NCBI RefSeq assembly: GCF_006345805.1
Contig: NC_042998.1
Coordinates: 126,852,001-126,916,000, forward strand
DNA from: Octopus sinensis
Taxonomy: Eukaryota
Reading direction: 5' to 3'
Length of the DNA: 64,000 nt
Shown: one piece after another, positions 14,424 through 29,150 of the stretch
How positions within the stretch are numbered: the stretch's first letter is position 1
How the letters are laid out: each line of letters begins with the position of its first letter
Position numbers and translations under genes: made by a program
Notes under the pieces: generated by a model
What the model saw: only the letters and a program-made list of their open reading frames with translations
The model's database searches: none
What the model was told of the DNA's origin: nothing

Positions 14424-14876
14424 TATATATATACAAAAAATTCAGGGTGGATACGCTTACTATTATCCTGTATAATCATGTTTAAATTTATACGTATACT
14501 TTTTCCTCTATGATCCCAACTTCATTAAAGATTCACCCCCTTCCACCTCTTTCTCTCAACATCCAAACCCCTCATTCTTTATCGAGTGAGAAACGGTATG
14601 GACGTTTTGTTTTTGTTTTGGTATCCCGCTATGCCGTATACGACTATGAGGATTTACCTTCCCAATGAAACTCGTTTTTTTCCCAAACTTTTTCTCAAAC
14701 CTGCTATAATGTAATTTATGTCTTTGGTGTGACGCGGCTGAAGAAGGCTGTTGACCTACATGTTATATCAATTATGCATTGATATAAATTGTTCAATAAA
14801 GCCAGAAACATATGTTACGCAAAACCCGTTGCATCGTTTTTCTTTTGATAAATATAAATATATATATATATATATA

Positions 14877-15244
14877 TATAAGAGTATGTGTATGTGTCTA
14901 ATAATTAAATTTATTTAGCACATGACTGAAACAAGTAAAAAAATATATACAATAAAAGGATATATGCATACATATATATACTCACACACACACGCACAAA
15001 TACATATCTATATATATATATACATATACATATATATATATATATATAATACTATATATATAGATATATATATATATTATATATATATATGTATATGTAT
15101 ATATATAGATAGATATGTATTTGTGCGTGTGTGTGTGAGTATATATATGTATGCATATATCCTTTTATTGTATATATTTTTTTACTTGTTTCAGTCATGT
15201 GCTAAATAAATTTAATTATTAGACACATACACATACTCTTATAC
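14877..15244. repeat. Near-perfect inverted duplication centred on (TA)n
   Basis: Arms of about 170 bp (14877-15045 / 15075-15244), essentially identical including homopolymer and dinucleotide counts. Confidence 0.92.
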
Positions 15245-16471
15245 ACACATACTGGGGAGATTAAAAGATCTATTTCGCATTGATACATACAAACAGGCTA
15301 AAAACCGAAGTAGGTCGAGTTTCGTGTTCTATGTCTCATTTGTCCCTCTCTATCTCTTCCACTCTCCTACTCCCGATTTCTTCCCTACAACCTTCTTTCA
15401 CACTCCACTGTATTCATTAACCTTTCCTAGCTTCAGTTAATCAGTTGAGAGCCACGCGTCAATGATCTTCGGATAAATAGGTCTAATGCTCTCCCATTCA
15501 TGCAACTAGCCGTTCGGAACATTCCAATTTATTTAGATAGGTATTCCCGGAAAATTGATTAGGTTTGCCTTTATACCGTGCCATTTTAAGGTAACTGAAT
15601 ATTCTCTCATCTCTTAATAATGACATTTTATATGAAAGAAGGTACATACGAGAAGATATTCAAACAAAATAACAAATGTAGTATTTTAAATATTTAAAAA
15701 CAAAACTGTAATAAAATAAATATTAAAAATCTTTTGAACGCCTGGTGTCCTGGGGGTTATATCACTTTTAGATAAATCATGATGAGATTAGAAGTTGGAA
15801 TTTTGAATCAAAGAGTAACAAACAAGTTGCACAGATATACACGTTTAGTATTTTTTTCTTCTCATTACAAAGATCTTAAATATTTTCTAGTCATAGGTAG
15901 CCGTGCATAGTACCATATCATTCCTGTTTGAAATCATCCGCATGTCGTAAATGTTAGTAAATAGATTAAACTAAACAAGGTGGCAAGCTAGCAGAACCGT
16001 TAGCATCCCGGCAAAAATGCTAGGCCGCATTTCGTCTGGTTCTTTGAGAGCAAATTTCGTCAAGGAGTTGAAATAATCGACTTACCTCTCTCTCGAAGTT
16101 GTTGGCTTTGTGGAAAAAAAATTGAAACAAAACCAACTAGAATACGCCAAATTAAACATTTATGGAATGTGTATATCTTTTTTCTCCTTTTTCTGCATAG
16201 ATCGTTAATACGATCTATGCAGAAAATAGATAGATAGATAGAAAGACAGGTAGATAGATAGAAAGATAGAGAGATAGGTAGAAAGATAGAGAGAGCGGGA
16301 GAGAAGTTCTGCATATAAATAAATTATTTCCTTTGTGAAAAAACTTCATGTCTACAATAACTGTTAAACAATTCGTTAAAAACGAATTTCAAGCTATTTT
16401 TGGTGTCTTTATTCTGGGCGCAGATTCCAGGATAAAGGGATTTTGAATCTCCTCTCGTTCTCTATTTGTTC

Positions 16472-16518
<47 letters not shown>

Positions 16519-16795
16519 GGCGCAATGTTAGGGCAGCGGACTCGCGGTCGTAGGATCGCGGTTTCGATTCCCAGACCGGGCGTTGTGTGTGTTTATTGAG
16601 CGAAAACACCTAAAAGCTCCACGAGGCTCCGGCAGGGTGTAATGATCCATGCTGTACTCCTTCACCACTCTGTCTCTCACTCTTTCTTCTGTTGCCCTGC
16701 TCGCTTAGCCAGCGGGGTGGCGTCATTCGAAGGCTAAAACAATGCGAACGCATTGTGACCAGCGATGTGTAGCAACATCTGATGGTCTGGTCGGT
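16519..16795 (+). mobile_element. tRNA-derived SINE family S3
   Basis: tRNA-like head GGCGCAATG(del)TTAGGGCAGCGGACTCGCGGTCGTAGGATCGCGGTTTCGATTCC followed by non-tRNA body; D-arm deleted, so not a tRNA gene. Confidence 0.75.
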
Positions 16796-17795
16796 ATGTA
16801 TATGTGTATGTGTGCTTGTGCAGTGAGAGTATGTGCCTCCCGACTGATCCTAAACTAAATTTGTAATTGTTTCCAATAAATAACTTTCTTATTTATGGTA
16901 AGAACGGGTGAGGACATCATTTACATCTTACAGAAAACTGTATTTAAATCATAAGTGAAGTAATATTCGACATTAAAAAATGATGAATTGTAACGCCTAC
17001 CATCTTATATCTTCTGGTATTTTTTATTTGGTTATATTTTTCATAGCCCTTCGATTTAAAAAAAAAATGTTTGTAGCAATAAGATCTGGACAAACAATTT
17101 TGGCAAACATTTTGGCAAATAATTTAGTGAGTCATTGATTAAAACGATTATTTGCATAATTTCATAGATTTCAAATCATCAGCCGACAGATGTCAAGAGA
17201 AATAATTCTTTTAATTATGATGTGTCTGAAATGAAAACCTTTGAATTTGTAACTTTAAACTTCACACACTGTTTTCTTTTGTGTTACCGTACCGTTTCAT
17301 AGCGTTCTATTTTTATTTTTTCCTCTATTTCTCCCAGTTTGCTAATTTAGTTTTTGCTAATTTCATTTTCATACATTATTTAAAAATTCTTTTACTTATT
17401 TTTCTCTTTTCGTATTTCGCTTTGACTGTTACTGCGAATCACACGTGTAATCACATACATAAATATTGATATTGACTTTGTAACGCCTGCCAATTTAACT
17501 CTGCAATCTGGTCAATACGTGTCGCTATTGAGATTGAGTCCGTAGCTGAGCAGAATATATGCCTACGAATTTCCTTGCCGACTTTAATCTGGAGATGTAC
17601 ATGCTGGACCTTTACTAATCAGTCTTAATGACCTGGGAGATCCTACTGGGAATATGGTATGGTACTTATCTTACCCCTCAATTACTTACATACAAAACTG
17701 AGGCATTAAAACATTTCTTTTAATATATATTTAAACTCAAAGGTAATGAGCTGGCAGAATCCTTAGCACACCAGGTATGTGTACACACACACACA

Positions 17796-17844
<49 letters not shown>

Positions 17845-18389
17845 AAACACACAAACACACACACACAAACTCACACACACGATATTTATATACGAATGCT
17901 GTCACTAGTAAACGAGTGTGACTTGGTGCAAGTCGCTGATTGCTTTTCGATGCCCGTGTAATCAGGAGCAGACGTGCACAAACTATCGACCCACTCATCT
18001 TTTGACCAAACGGAACATAGACGATATGACAGCCAATAGAATAGAGGACTGCCCAAACACTCGGTTGGTGCTCATTTCAGTTCAGTAGATTGAAGCAGCA
18101 CGCTGCCCAATCGAATTCACTACTTAAGCTCGCGAGAGCAACACACTAATTAGTAAGCCACGTGCATTCATATATACATACATACGTCCATCCATCCATC
18201 CATCCATCCAACCATACATACATACATACATACATATGTACATGTGTGTATGTACGTGAGTGTGTGTGTATGTGTGCGCATACACACACATTTGCACACA
18301 CACACACATACTTGTAAATGTATTCGTCGACATACACACGTATATTTAATTGATGAATAATTTAATGATTGTTTTATTTTTGTTTTCAG

Positions 18390-18518
18390 ATTTGAAATAT
18401 TTATTCTTGGTTGGAGGATTTGCAGAATCACACATGCTGCAGCATTTTATAAGGCGGGAATTTGGAGATATACTGAAAGTAATTATTCCTCAAGGTGTTG
18501 GCATGTCTATATTGAAAG
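18390..18518 (+). CDS. HSPA12A: HSPA12 penultimate coding exon
   Basis: Acceptor tgttttcAG (18388-18389), donor GTaaaa (18519). G from the previous exon + AT gives Asp, then LKYLFLVGGFAESHMLQHFIRREFGDILKVIIPQGVGMSILK (HSPA12 LFLVGGFAE...IIPQ.VG..ILKG motif). Phase-compatible at both ends. Confidence 0.95.
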
Positions 18519-18989
18519 GTAAAAGAATCAATATATTTTTGTTATATTTACTTCAGAATTAAATCGTTGTGCATCGTGCATTTATCAGTGTCACTAAATT
18601 TATGTCACTAAAGGGTTAAAGGCCGAGCTACAACGTGATAGTGCGAACTGTTATCAAATGTCAGTAAAGTATCTTTTAAATCAAACTCGTCAGCTTAAAC
18701 AAAAAACAGTTTCGTCTCTAGTCGTTGATGCACTCAAAAAGGATTGGGTCCATACGAATGGAACAATTATTTTAGCTGAGTGCTAGCAGAATTTCTCAGA
18801 TACTATCTCAGATATTATTCAAAGTAGAGTATCGTAGATATATTCTACGCTAGACAATTCTCGAGTAAACTTCATGATTGATAATCTCAGAGACTCGACA
18901 AAAAATATTTTAGAATATACTCTACAACAGAGCATCTTCGCTACTCTCGACGATTGACTAATTCAGCTATACAGCGTAACAGATCGTCA

Positions 18990-19500
18990 TAGTTGCGTCT
19001 CACAAATACCCACTATAACAGACCATTTATATGTACACTGCAATAACTCACCGTAGATACACTCTACAAGGGCCATCCCAGATAGGCCATGCAATAGACT
19101 TAAATACAGTCCATTACATATGCATCTCAGAGTATTTGTGTCAAGCATACTCCACAATAGACCAGCAACTGACATTCATAGATACACCTCACGATAGACC
19201 ATCAGTATCATCTATAGTTACAAAACTCCCACAAATATGACATCACAGATAGATTGTGCAACAGATCGTAGAATAGACCTTCACAAACAGACTTCATATT
19301 AAACCATCAGAAATACATCTCGGTAGCGATCATAACGAAGACATGCCCACAAAAATGGCAATTCCATAATAGACCATCACAAATAGACTCTATAATAGAT
19401 CATTACAAATACACTCCATCACAGGTATACACATAATAGAACATCTTATACATATTCCACAAACCATCTCGGATACACTTCACAATAGGAACATTGGGTT
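18990..19500. repeat. Decayed 26-bp (2x13) minisatellite
   Basis: Best-preserved units TCCATAATAGACCATCACAAATAGAC (19363-19388) and TCTATAATAGATCATTACAAATACAC (19389-19414); recurring AATAGACC/AATACAC words throughout. Confidence 0.65.
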
Positions 19501-20929
19501 CCAATGAAAAGTTGAGACACTCTGATAATCTCATTTTATATTTTGTGTGCCCAGTATTATTATGTAAGTCAACTCATTTCAGTAATAAATTCTGCATCCG
19601 GCAGTTACAGTGCCGAGGTTAATGACAGCGGCGAGTCGTCCGAGACTCGTACTACCTTTGTATAAATCACTAGGTTTGGCAATTTGTTTACTGATTGGAT
19701 CAGCCATAGACGCTATGCTGTATAAAATTCACCACCTCTCGATATCTGATAAAGCTAGCTTATCATGCTATTCTCTGTGATCCTCCGGAGTACTGTGTTT
19801 TATTTGCAGGGTACACACCGAAACAACGTTCAGATGAAAACGGCTTCAGTTAGGGTTAGTTTTCTGTAACAGGAATTATTTAATGGCCTGTCCAATCTAT
19901 GGCCAAACTGTATAGTTTCCAGTATTCATCCTTCACAACCATAATTTAATCTGCAATTCATATTTTGGTTTATGCACCATTTTTCTACTTCAAGGCATTC
20001 TCTAATCTAAATTTTCCCTTTGTTCTATCGGTAATGAGCTTTAACATCATAAAGCAACCCATCAGACATTACAAGCAATATCTCATTCTATCCACTTATA
20101 ACCTGTATTATTCCATTCGTTACTGTGTGTTCTACTTGACTGCTGACCTTCAACTCCGCAAATTGAAGCTCTATGTGTAATCAGCCTCTGCTTTCTAGCT
20201 TCTCATGATAAATTAACTATTAGAAATAGAGAGGCGCTTACAAGCGTCCACACACACACACACGCATAAACGCGCGCGCGTACACACACACACACACGGA
20301 ACCCTCTTACATTAAACATCCACACATCCACACAGTTGATCATTTATACAATTAGAAATAACACACACACACACACACAAAGAAACATACGCATACGTAC
20401 TAATACGTACAACTAGACAAACCTACAAACCCAATCACACGTAACACACATTGCTGCATACAAACACGCACATACACAGCCAATCACTTACATGCTTATA
20501 CACATGTCAATGTTGAAAATAAACCATTAGCTCTAATTTAAATTACTTAATTTGTGTGTTTCATGAAATTAAATTGTTGTTAGCTGGAACTGAACAAATT
20601 CAGTTGCCCTTATAATCAACAACATTCACCTCCCATAACATAATTAATTTTGCTAATAAACTATTATGCCTAATTTAAGCAAAGATGACCGTCATCACAG
20701 TCAACATAAACAAAACTACTACCTCAGTTATATACTACACCTACGATAACAGATAAAAAATTAGATTCTGCCGTTATAATATAACAATTAAATCAACTAC
20801 GAATAACGACAACCGCGACCATAACAATTTCTATCATCAACGCTATTATCAACAACAATTGTGACAATGTAAAAGAAAGTAAGAAATCAACGTAAGTTTC
20901 CCAAAACTATCAGCATCATCTCTACTACT

Positions 20930-21630
20930 GCTGGCAAACTGAGGGGATACACCAGATTCCAGTATGATTTGGAATGATTTCTACGGCCGGATGCCCTCCC
21001 TAACGCCAACCACTCCGAGAGTGTAATAGGTGCCACCAGCACGAGTGCCAGTTGCGTGTACCAGTATCTGCCACGACTATGATTTCACATGGCTTGATGG
21101 GTCTTCTTCTCAAGCACAACATAATACCAAAGGTCTTGGTCATTGTCATTGCCTCCGTGAGGCCCAACGTTCAAAAAGAGCTTTTTTAAGTTCAGCTGGC
21201 CTCCGTGAGGCTCAAAGTTCGAAGGCATTGCTTCACCACCTCGCCCCAGGTCTTCCTGGGTTTACCCCTTCCACAGGTTTTCTCCACAGCTAGAGATCGG
21301 CACTTTACACATATGTCCTCGTTCATATGCATCACATGACAGTACCAGTACAGCCGTCTTTCTTCCTCATAACATCTGATGCCTCTTACGCCCAACATTT
21401 CTCTCAACATGCTCACACTCTGTCGTACATGCACACTGATATTGCACATCCAACGAAACATACTAGCTTCATTTCTTTCAAGCCTACGGATGCCTTCGGC
21501 CACCACAGCCAACGTTTCACTGCTGTGTAGCATAGCAGTTCGCATACAGGCATCATACAGTTTTCCTTTCATTGTAAGGAAAGGCCCTTTGTTGCCAGCA
21601 GAGGTAGGAGCTCTCCGAACTTTTCCCAGC
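20930..21630 (-). mobile_element. RTE-clade LINE 3' fragment
   Basis: KGKLYDACMRTAMLHSSET...MFRWMC...RRLYWYCHVMHM...GRGKPRKTW, the RTE C-terminus, followed by 3' UTR. Confidence 0.85.
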
Positions 21631-21654
21631 CTATATATATATATATATATATAC

Positions 21655-21845
21655 TCTTTTACTCTTTTACTTGTTTCAGTCTTTTGACTGCGGCCATGCT
21701 GGAGCACCGCCTTTAGTTGAGCAAATCGACCCCGGGACTTATTCTTTGTAAGCCCAGTACTTATTCTATCGGTCTCTTTTGCCGAACCGCTAAGTGACGG
21801 GGGCGTAAACACACCAGCATCGGTTGTCAAGCAATGTAAGGAGAC
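21655..21845 (-). mobile_element. SINE S2 3' half
   Basis: Reverse complement of GACAACCGATGCTGGTGTGTTTACG...GACTGAAACAAGTAAAAGAGTAAAAGAG. Similar minus-strand pieces at about 3590-3780, 4640-4735 and 23558-23760. Confidence 0.85.
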
Positions 21846-21908
21846 AAACACAGACATACAAACACAGACACACAAACACATACATACATATATATATATA
21901 TAATATAT

Positions 21909-21955
<47 letters not shown>

Positions 21956-22807
21956 ATATATATATATAATATAAATAATATTAAAATATGGATATATATA
22001 TATTTTTTATATAATATTATATATATATATATATATTATATATATATACATATATGTACATATATATATATATATATATATTACATATATGTACATACCT
22101 ACATATATAATGTATATATACATGCATATATGGGTACAGGACATAAAAAAACGTTGAACACAATGAGAAACGAAAACATAATAACAAAAACAGAAAACGA
22201 ACTTTTTGGGACAACGAAAGAAACAAACAGAGAAAATAAACATGCAATATAAAGAATATTCCCATTCATCAGTTGTCCCTGTTTCATCTACTCCGCGTTA
22301 CGAAGCAAAGCACATATATATAGATATATGCAAATGTATGTATATAGTTGTGTGCGTGTACACACACAGACATTCATACACGCATGAAAAATTATACCTT
22401 TAGCAAAAGCATAAGGCATTCTGCAACTTGGAAAAGGCAGGGGGCATTTAGTTTCGTTTTTCTTAAAATTCATCAAGGATAATTTATGCCTGCTTTATAA
22501 ACAGTAAAATGTATTGTGAGTGACACAAGTTACGGTCTGGCGTTAACAAATGGAGTACTAATACATTTATATCGGAGTGTATTACACTAAATATTCACTT
22601 TTATAATTTTATTTCATATAAGCATTCAAGTTTTCTATATTATGTATAAAATTCTCAAATGAAGAGAAATTGGCAATTATCTATTATTTTGGATGTCTAC
22701 TATGTCTTTGGTATAATGTAATTACTTTAGTTTCTGATGAAATCACTGACCAAACAAGTGAGTCTCACAAAAAATTATATTTAATTGAACCCAATTATCT
22801 GCATAGA

Positions 22808-22838
<31 letters not shown>

Positions 22839-22985
22839 CTATCAGATAGACGTGGGATTAAATAGCTTACTACGCAATAAAGTGTTTCTGTTGCAGGCTC
22901 ACTGAGAGGTGCCTTTAGCAAGTGAAGTATTTTCTGTGCAGAGGGAAACCGAATGGAAAATTTACCACGCTCACACACACGCTCA

Positions 22986-23027
<42 letters not shown>

Positions 23028-24740
23028 ACACACAAACACACACACAAAAGGCGAATTGGTATAGTCATTATCGCGTTGGATACAATTAGTCGCAGTATTT
23101 TTCTGACATCCTGCCCTCTGAGTTGACACGCCAAAGTCAGCTTCTGATCTAATCCCTCCAAGATCGATAAAAAGGTGCGAAACTAGGGTTAATAAATTGG
23201 GAACAATTTCAGGATAGAGCAAGATATCTTGCGTTCTCTTTGCCAGATTTTTGCATTCTGAGAGCATGTGTTGGCCATATGGCAGTAGCCTTTCTGTGAA
23301 TAGCATCGGTATTTACAAGTATGGCAATCTTTCTCTTAAAACGTTTGCTCCAAGCCTGCACGTACAGGTGCAGATACACGGTCAACCTTGACCGACGGAG
23401 GTTCTGCCTGTTTGCCTGTCTCTTGTATACACATACACACATACATATATATGTATAATATACACATACACACAAACGCGCATACGCACATATACATGTG
23501 TGTGTATGAATACGAATATATATATAGATTAATATTATTTTATATATATAACTTTTATATTTTTACTTGTTTTAGTCATTAGTCCATGGCCATGCTGGGG
23601 CTCTGCATTGAAGAAGTTTTAATAGAATGAATCAATCCCAGTACTTTTTTAAAGTCTGGTACTTATGCTATCGGTTATTTTGCCGAACCGCTATGTTACG
23701 GGGACGTAAACACACCAAAGACGGTTGTCAAGCGATTGTGGGGGACAAATAACGACAGAAAGACACACACACACACACACGCACACACACACGCACACAT
23801 ACACACTCACATGCATGCTCTGGAATACATAAAATAATTTTAAAAATGAATGCCTAAATCACGTATTTAAGAAATAAAAAATAACACGTAGTAATTAAAT
23901 CCCATAGATGAGCAGCAGTGCAGATGGTGATCAAAACATTTATGAATAAGTTTTATGAACTCACATAATAGAATCACATCCAACAGTGTCAAATGCGTAC
24001 GAAAAAGAAAACCCCTTAAAAAAAACCTTCATTCAAATTAACATTAAAGGCACAGCTTATTTTAGTTGTGATTAAGTACTGCAAGCGAAAGATATAGATA
24101 GTCTCTCAGCTGAACGATATTAAAGTGTTAAAAAAGTGCATATTGATATTTGGGGGAATAACCATCTAAAATGCAACCCAAAACACAATATCTGGAATCG
24201 AAAGTTATCTAATTATCTAGAATATTCATAGAATGTTCCAGGGGGTTATGTGACTCAGAGGAAATATTATTTCGTTTCTGTTATCTGATTCTCAATTTTC
24301 TCCTTTTTCGTATTACACATTTCCCAATGTCCCTCATAATATGAAAATAAATAACTTTTTCATATCAGTTTTTAAATATTTGTCTTGTTATTTTCGCGAA
24401 AACCATGGTTTCCATGATACTTTGCTGAAAATAAAACGTATATTTGTTTAGCTCAAGAAGTTCTTACTTTTCTCTCCATACCCTTAGATAGTTTGCTTCC
24501 AGTTTGTACCTGATGTTTTCTAAATTCTAGTGATGCACTTTCTCCTTGGATTATATAACAAATGTTTTTCCTCATGTAATATTCAAGTATAAAGTAAACG
24601 TATTTAAGCAACTGAGTGAAACGCATGCATACACAATTTCATAAAATATTTGCGTACAGGTACGCACGCACGCACACACACACACACACACAGGCACACA
24701 CACACAAACACAAACTTACTGTATGATAACACATACACAC

Positions 24741-24771
<31 letters not shown>

Positions 24772-25137
24772 GAATGAAATACGCACACACATATTCTGCG
24801 CGTGTCTGTATGCATATATGCTTTTGCGTAGGTAAATATATATGATTACTGTAGAGCAGAAAGATTAGATAGGGAATACAATGCTGTTAACTTTACGATA
24901 ATGTTTCTTGTCCAATGACAAATTTTCGAACGACTCTAGAATCTATGAGATTCGAAATCTTACAATATGACAAAGCAAGGTAATTATTGAGACAACGAAT
25001 TATTATTTTAGGATAGCACGACTCCTTTTATTTGTTGAGCTGCGAGGAAAAGAGAATATATATTTTCTGTTTGCTCGTGAGTAGGAAATATATACTTTCA
25101 TCTTTTCACTAAATTATTGTTTTTTTTTGCGTTTCAG

Positions 25138-25610
25138 GAGCAGTTCTATATGGACAAAATCCGTCGGTGATAAGCGTGCGGCGGTCACGACTTACCTATG
25201 GTGTTGGAGTCCTCAATCGCTACGATGAGAAGAAACACCCGAAAGAGAAACTGTTTTCTAAAGACGGAATGGATTGGTGTTCAGACGTTTTCGATAAATT
25301 CGTTGTGATTAATCAACCGTTGAAAGCAGGAGAAACAGTAATCAGAAGTTACACCCCGGCAAAAATTGACCAGAAACTCAGCATCATAAACATCTACGCA
25401 TCAGACGATGAAGATGTAAAATTCATCACGGATACCAGCGTTCGCAAATGTGGTACCTTGTCGCTTGATTTGTCCACCGAGGTACCTATCACACCGTCAC
25501 GGCGAGAGATTAAAACAGTCATGTCGTTTGGCGATACGGAAATTAGAATGGCTGCTATTGATGTCATTACTGGTAAATCAGTCAAAGCATTTATCGATTT
25601 CCTCGACTGA
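25138..25610 (+). CDS. HSPA12A: HSPA12 terminal coding exon (to TGA)
   Basis: Acceptor gtttcAG (25136-25137). G+GA gives Gly, then AVLYGQNPSVISVRRSRLTYGVGVLNRY...WCSDVFDKF...RSYTPA...KCGTL.LDL...RREIKT.MSFGDTEI...IDFLD*, the HSPA12 C-terminus. Confidence 0.96.
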
Positions 25611-25635
25611 ATAAAAAATAAAATGAATCAATAAA
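25610..25635 (+). promoter_or_regulatory. Candidate polyadenylation signals of HSPA12
   Basis: Three AATAAA hexamers at 25610-25615 (overlapping the stop, TGAATAAA), 25617-25622 and 25630-25635. Confidence 0.45.
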
Positions 25636-25861
25636 TCAATGAACAAAGAAAGAAAATCAATGAAGCAATCAGTTATTCAATGTATCTAAGAAGTGATCGT
25701 TAAAAATTCTGTAATACTTAACTAGACATTTATGATGTATCATATGTATGTATATATATATATATATATTATAATATATATATATATATTATATATATAT
25801 ATATATTATATATATATATATATATATACATACATATATACATACATATATATATACATAC

Positions 25862-25958
<97 letters not shown>

Positions 25959-27345
25959 CATACATACATACATATATATGTGCGTATTTATGTATTCTGG
26001 TACACACATACATATCTACAACATATTTTGAACACAGACACAAGAACATATATAAGCCTACTATATACGTTCATCTAAATCAGATATTAAACATTGAAAT
26101 ACAGAAGAAAAATGCATATACCCGTTGTTAGCTCATGAATGTACAAACACTCAAAGAAATAGCATTACAGTTATAGAAAACACATATACACGTACACTCA
26201 CAACACTTACACACTTGCAAATATACATCTTATCAAAATACTACGCTGCAAACTAAAAGAATATAGTCGAGACAAGGATTTCAGTGCTATATTAATAGAA
26301 CGTTGACCATCTAATTTAAACATGTCTCTGTAACTTTGATTTAAAGTTTACATTTCTATTATACATAAAACAACTGTCATTAGATATTATTTTCAACCTT
26401 TTTCCATTACAGAAAAATACTGTAGATTTTCTTTTTGTTCTTTTTCTTGTCTTCTCAGTTTATTTGAGGTAAGAATTTTCGCAGGCAATTTCAGATTTGC
26501 AAAATCGATGTAGTATTTTTTTCTTTACAATGATTAATAATCTATATATTAAACAGTTTTTGCACCATAAGCCTTTGCTGAATATTAAATGAATTATATA
26601 TATTCTCGCTCTGTGTAGTTAAAATTAATTGAATAATATTTGAAGAGTTGATCAAACGAAATCTGTGAGATAACAAGAAAAACAATAACATATAGAAGAC
26701 AATAATAGCGATAATGTTGATGATGAAAATAAGAATTCTGTGAATCATAATATTGATGCAAATAACAATAATGACAATGATAATTATAATGATATAAGTA
26801 ATAAAAATAATGATAATAAAATAAATTGACAACATTTTTGTCATTTGTCAAATAAATATACTATGTACAAATATTAGTGGAAATAAATAATTACTTTTAA
26901 TTTAAACACAAAGGCAGAAAGTTTGAGGTGAAGGGCAAACCGATTTCATCGACTGCAGTACATGAGCGGCACTTTATTTTATCGTCCCTAGTAATATAAT
27001 GACAAGCAACAAGCCGAGCAGAGGAGAGGAAGTACTTGATACCATCGATCCCGGTGTTTTAATTATTTGAGCCAGAAAGTAAAATTTGCTAAGTAAGTTG
27101 TCCTCGACAGGAGTTGAACTCAAGATGTTAAATGCTGGGAAAAGGATTTCAACACATTTTTTCTGAAGTTCTAACAAGTCATTGTAGCAAAATAAGGAAA
27201 TATAAAGGCTGACTTGAGAAAAATAAAGTAATAAATGTTTCACTACAGATAAGATACGGAAAAGTCACACTTTCCAGGCAGGGTGTGAGAGGAATATATA
27301 TGTCGATATATATGTACACACACACACACACACACGCACCCCACC

Positions 27346-27376
<31 letters not shown>

Positions 27377-28048
27377 GTATATGCATATGGACGAACAGAC
27401 AATATATATATATATATATTGTCTGTTCGTGCGTATGCATATATATATATATACGTGTATACATTCATACATACAGATATATATAATGTTATAATTATAT
27501 GTGTGTGCATACAGAGAGAAAGGGAGAGAGAGAGAGAGAGAGAAGGAGAGAGGCAGAGAGAGAGAGGGGGAGAATTTTCAGTGTAAGTGTATTAACCTAT
27601 TTTGAAAGAATATTTGCGAAATATTTGAAAGCAGATTACCAAAAATGTTATCTGATTTATGCACAAAATATATTTGATTTTGGAATCTTGGGTGATTGAA
27701 TAATTCCTTTAGTGTTGTTATTCGGCGAAGTCATAGGATATTGGCCAACAAATATATATTTATTTGAATATATACGTGTGTGAGTAAACATATATAATTA
27801 AACAGTATATTCTGAAAACCATACACGCATTCATGCTCGCGTGTGGATGCATATATTTATCTTTGCCTGCTCTCACCTTATACAACCACATAAACACACA
27901 CACGCATATATGCGTGTTTATATTTTTATTTCCATAATGTTTATATATATATATATATGAGCGTGTGTGTGTTTGTGTGTGCTTATATATATATATATAT
28001 ACTGGATCAACTGGAACCCTCGCCATCGTAGCCGACGGAGAACCACGG

Positions 28049-28082
<34 letters not shown>

Positions 28083-28087
<5 letters not shown>

Positions 28088-28317
28088 ATTTCTTTACTAC
28101 TCACAAGTGGTTAAACACAGAGAGGACAAATAAGGACAGACAAACGGATTAAGCCGATTACATCGACCCCAGTGCGTAACTGGTACTTATTTTATCGACC
28201 CCCAAAGAATGAATGGCAAAGTCGACCTCGGCGGAATTTGAACTCGGAACCTAGCGGCAGACGAAATACGGCTACGCATTTCGCCCGGCGTACTAACGTT
28301 TCTGCCAGCTCGCCGCC
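28083..28317 (-). mobile_element. SINE S1 full length (tail type B)
   Basis: Head GGCGGCGAGCTGGCAGAAACGTTAG, B-box, core, tail ...GTAGTAAAGAAATAGGTA. Confidence 0.88.
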
Positions 28318-28343
28318 ATTGTAATATATATATATATATATAT

Positions 28344-28432
<89 letters not shown>

Positions 28433-28464
28433 ATATATTATATATATATATATATATAATATAT

Positions 28465-28526
<62 letters not shown>

Positions 28527-28639
28527 GTGGGTCTCCATCGGCTACGACGGCGCAGGTTCCAGTTGATCCGATTAACGGAACGGCCTGCTCGTGAAACTAA
28601 CGTGCAAGTGGCTGACCACTCCATAGACACGTGTACGCT

Positions 28640-28719
<80 letters not shown>

Positions 28720-28726
28720 GTAATTA

Positions 28727-29150
28727 ATAAGGGTTCAGCAAAGATTTGCTTTACCACATACCGAAGTTTAGAAATAGCAGCCAAAAAATCTTAGCCCAAA
28801 AATCTTAATTCGAGGGTACTGGAATAATTGAATATATCTCTCCACCTAACGGTATCAGACAGTTCATATTCAGTGTTAGTACCGCCGAATTCAAAATATG
28901 AATGATGTTCGCTTAGCTTCCCCCGCCCATCCGCGTGTGTCTTCAAGTAAAATACTACAGAAAAATCTGCAGTTTTTTATTCTATTATCAATTCCGAAAC
29001 GCGCATTCATTCTCTGCCTGTGTGAATTATTTTCAAGTATTTTGGTTTCTCTTGGAGTCCCTTTTTAAAGTAGAAGAAATAGCTAAGATTTTTTGACTGC
29101 TATTTCTAAATTTCGGTATGTGGTAAAGCAAATCTTTGCTGAACCCTTAT
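28727..29150. mobile_element. MITE with 69-bp TIRs (ATAAGGG termini)
   Basis: 28727-28795 versus 29082-29150 inverted, 67 of 69 identical; flanked by TA on both sides. Confidence 0.88.

Noticed and set aside
14735-14825. CTGAAGA...GAAACATATGTT hammerhead-like motif with long stem II insert
   Set aside because: Extra base before GAAA and only 3-bp mismatched stem I; at most a decayed PLE relic. Similar weak relics near 22735, 33980, 52940 and 53300-53390.
16519-16580. Possible tRNA gene
   Set aside because: D-arm deleted, no acceptor-stem closure, continues into SINE body.
19840-19860. TTAGGGTTAG telomere-like word and nearby tttgcAG acceptor
   Set aside because: Under two repeat units; no supporting donor or reading frame for an extra exon.
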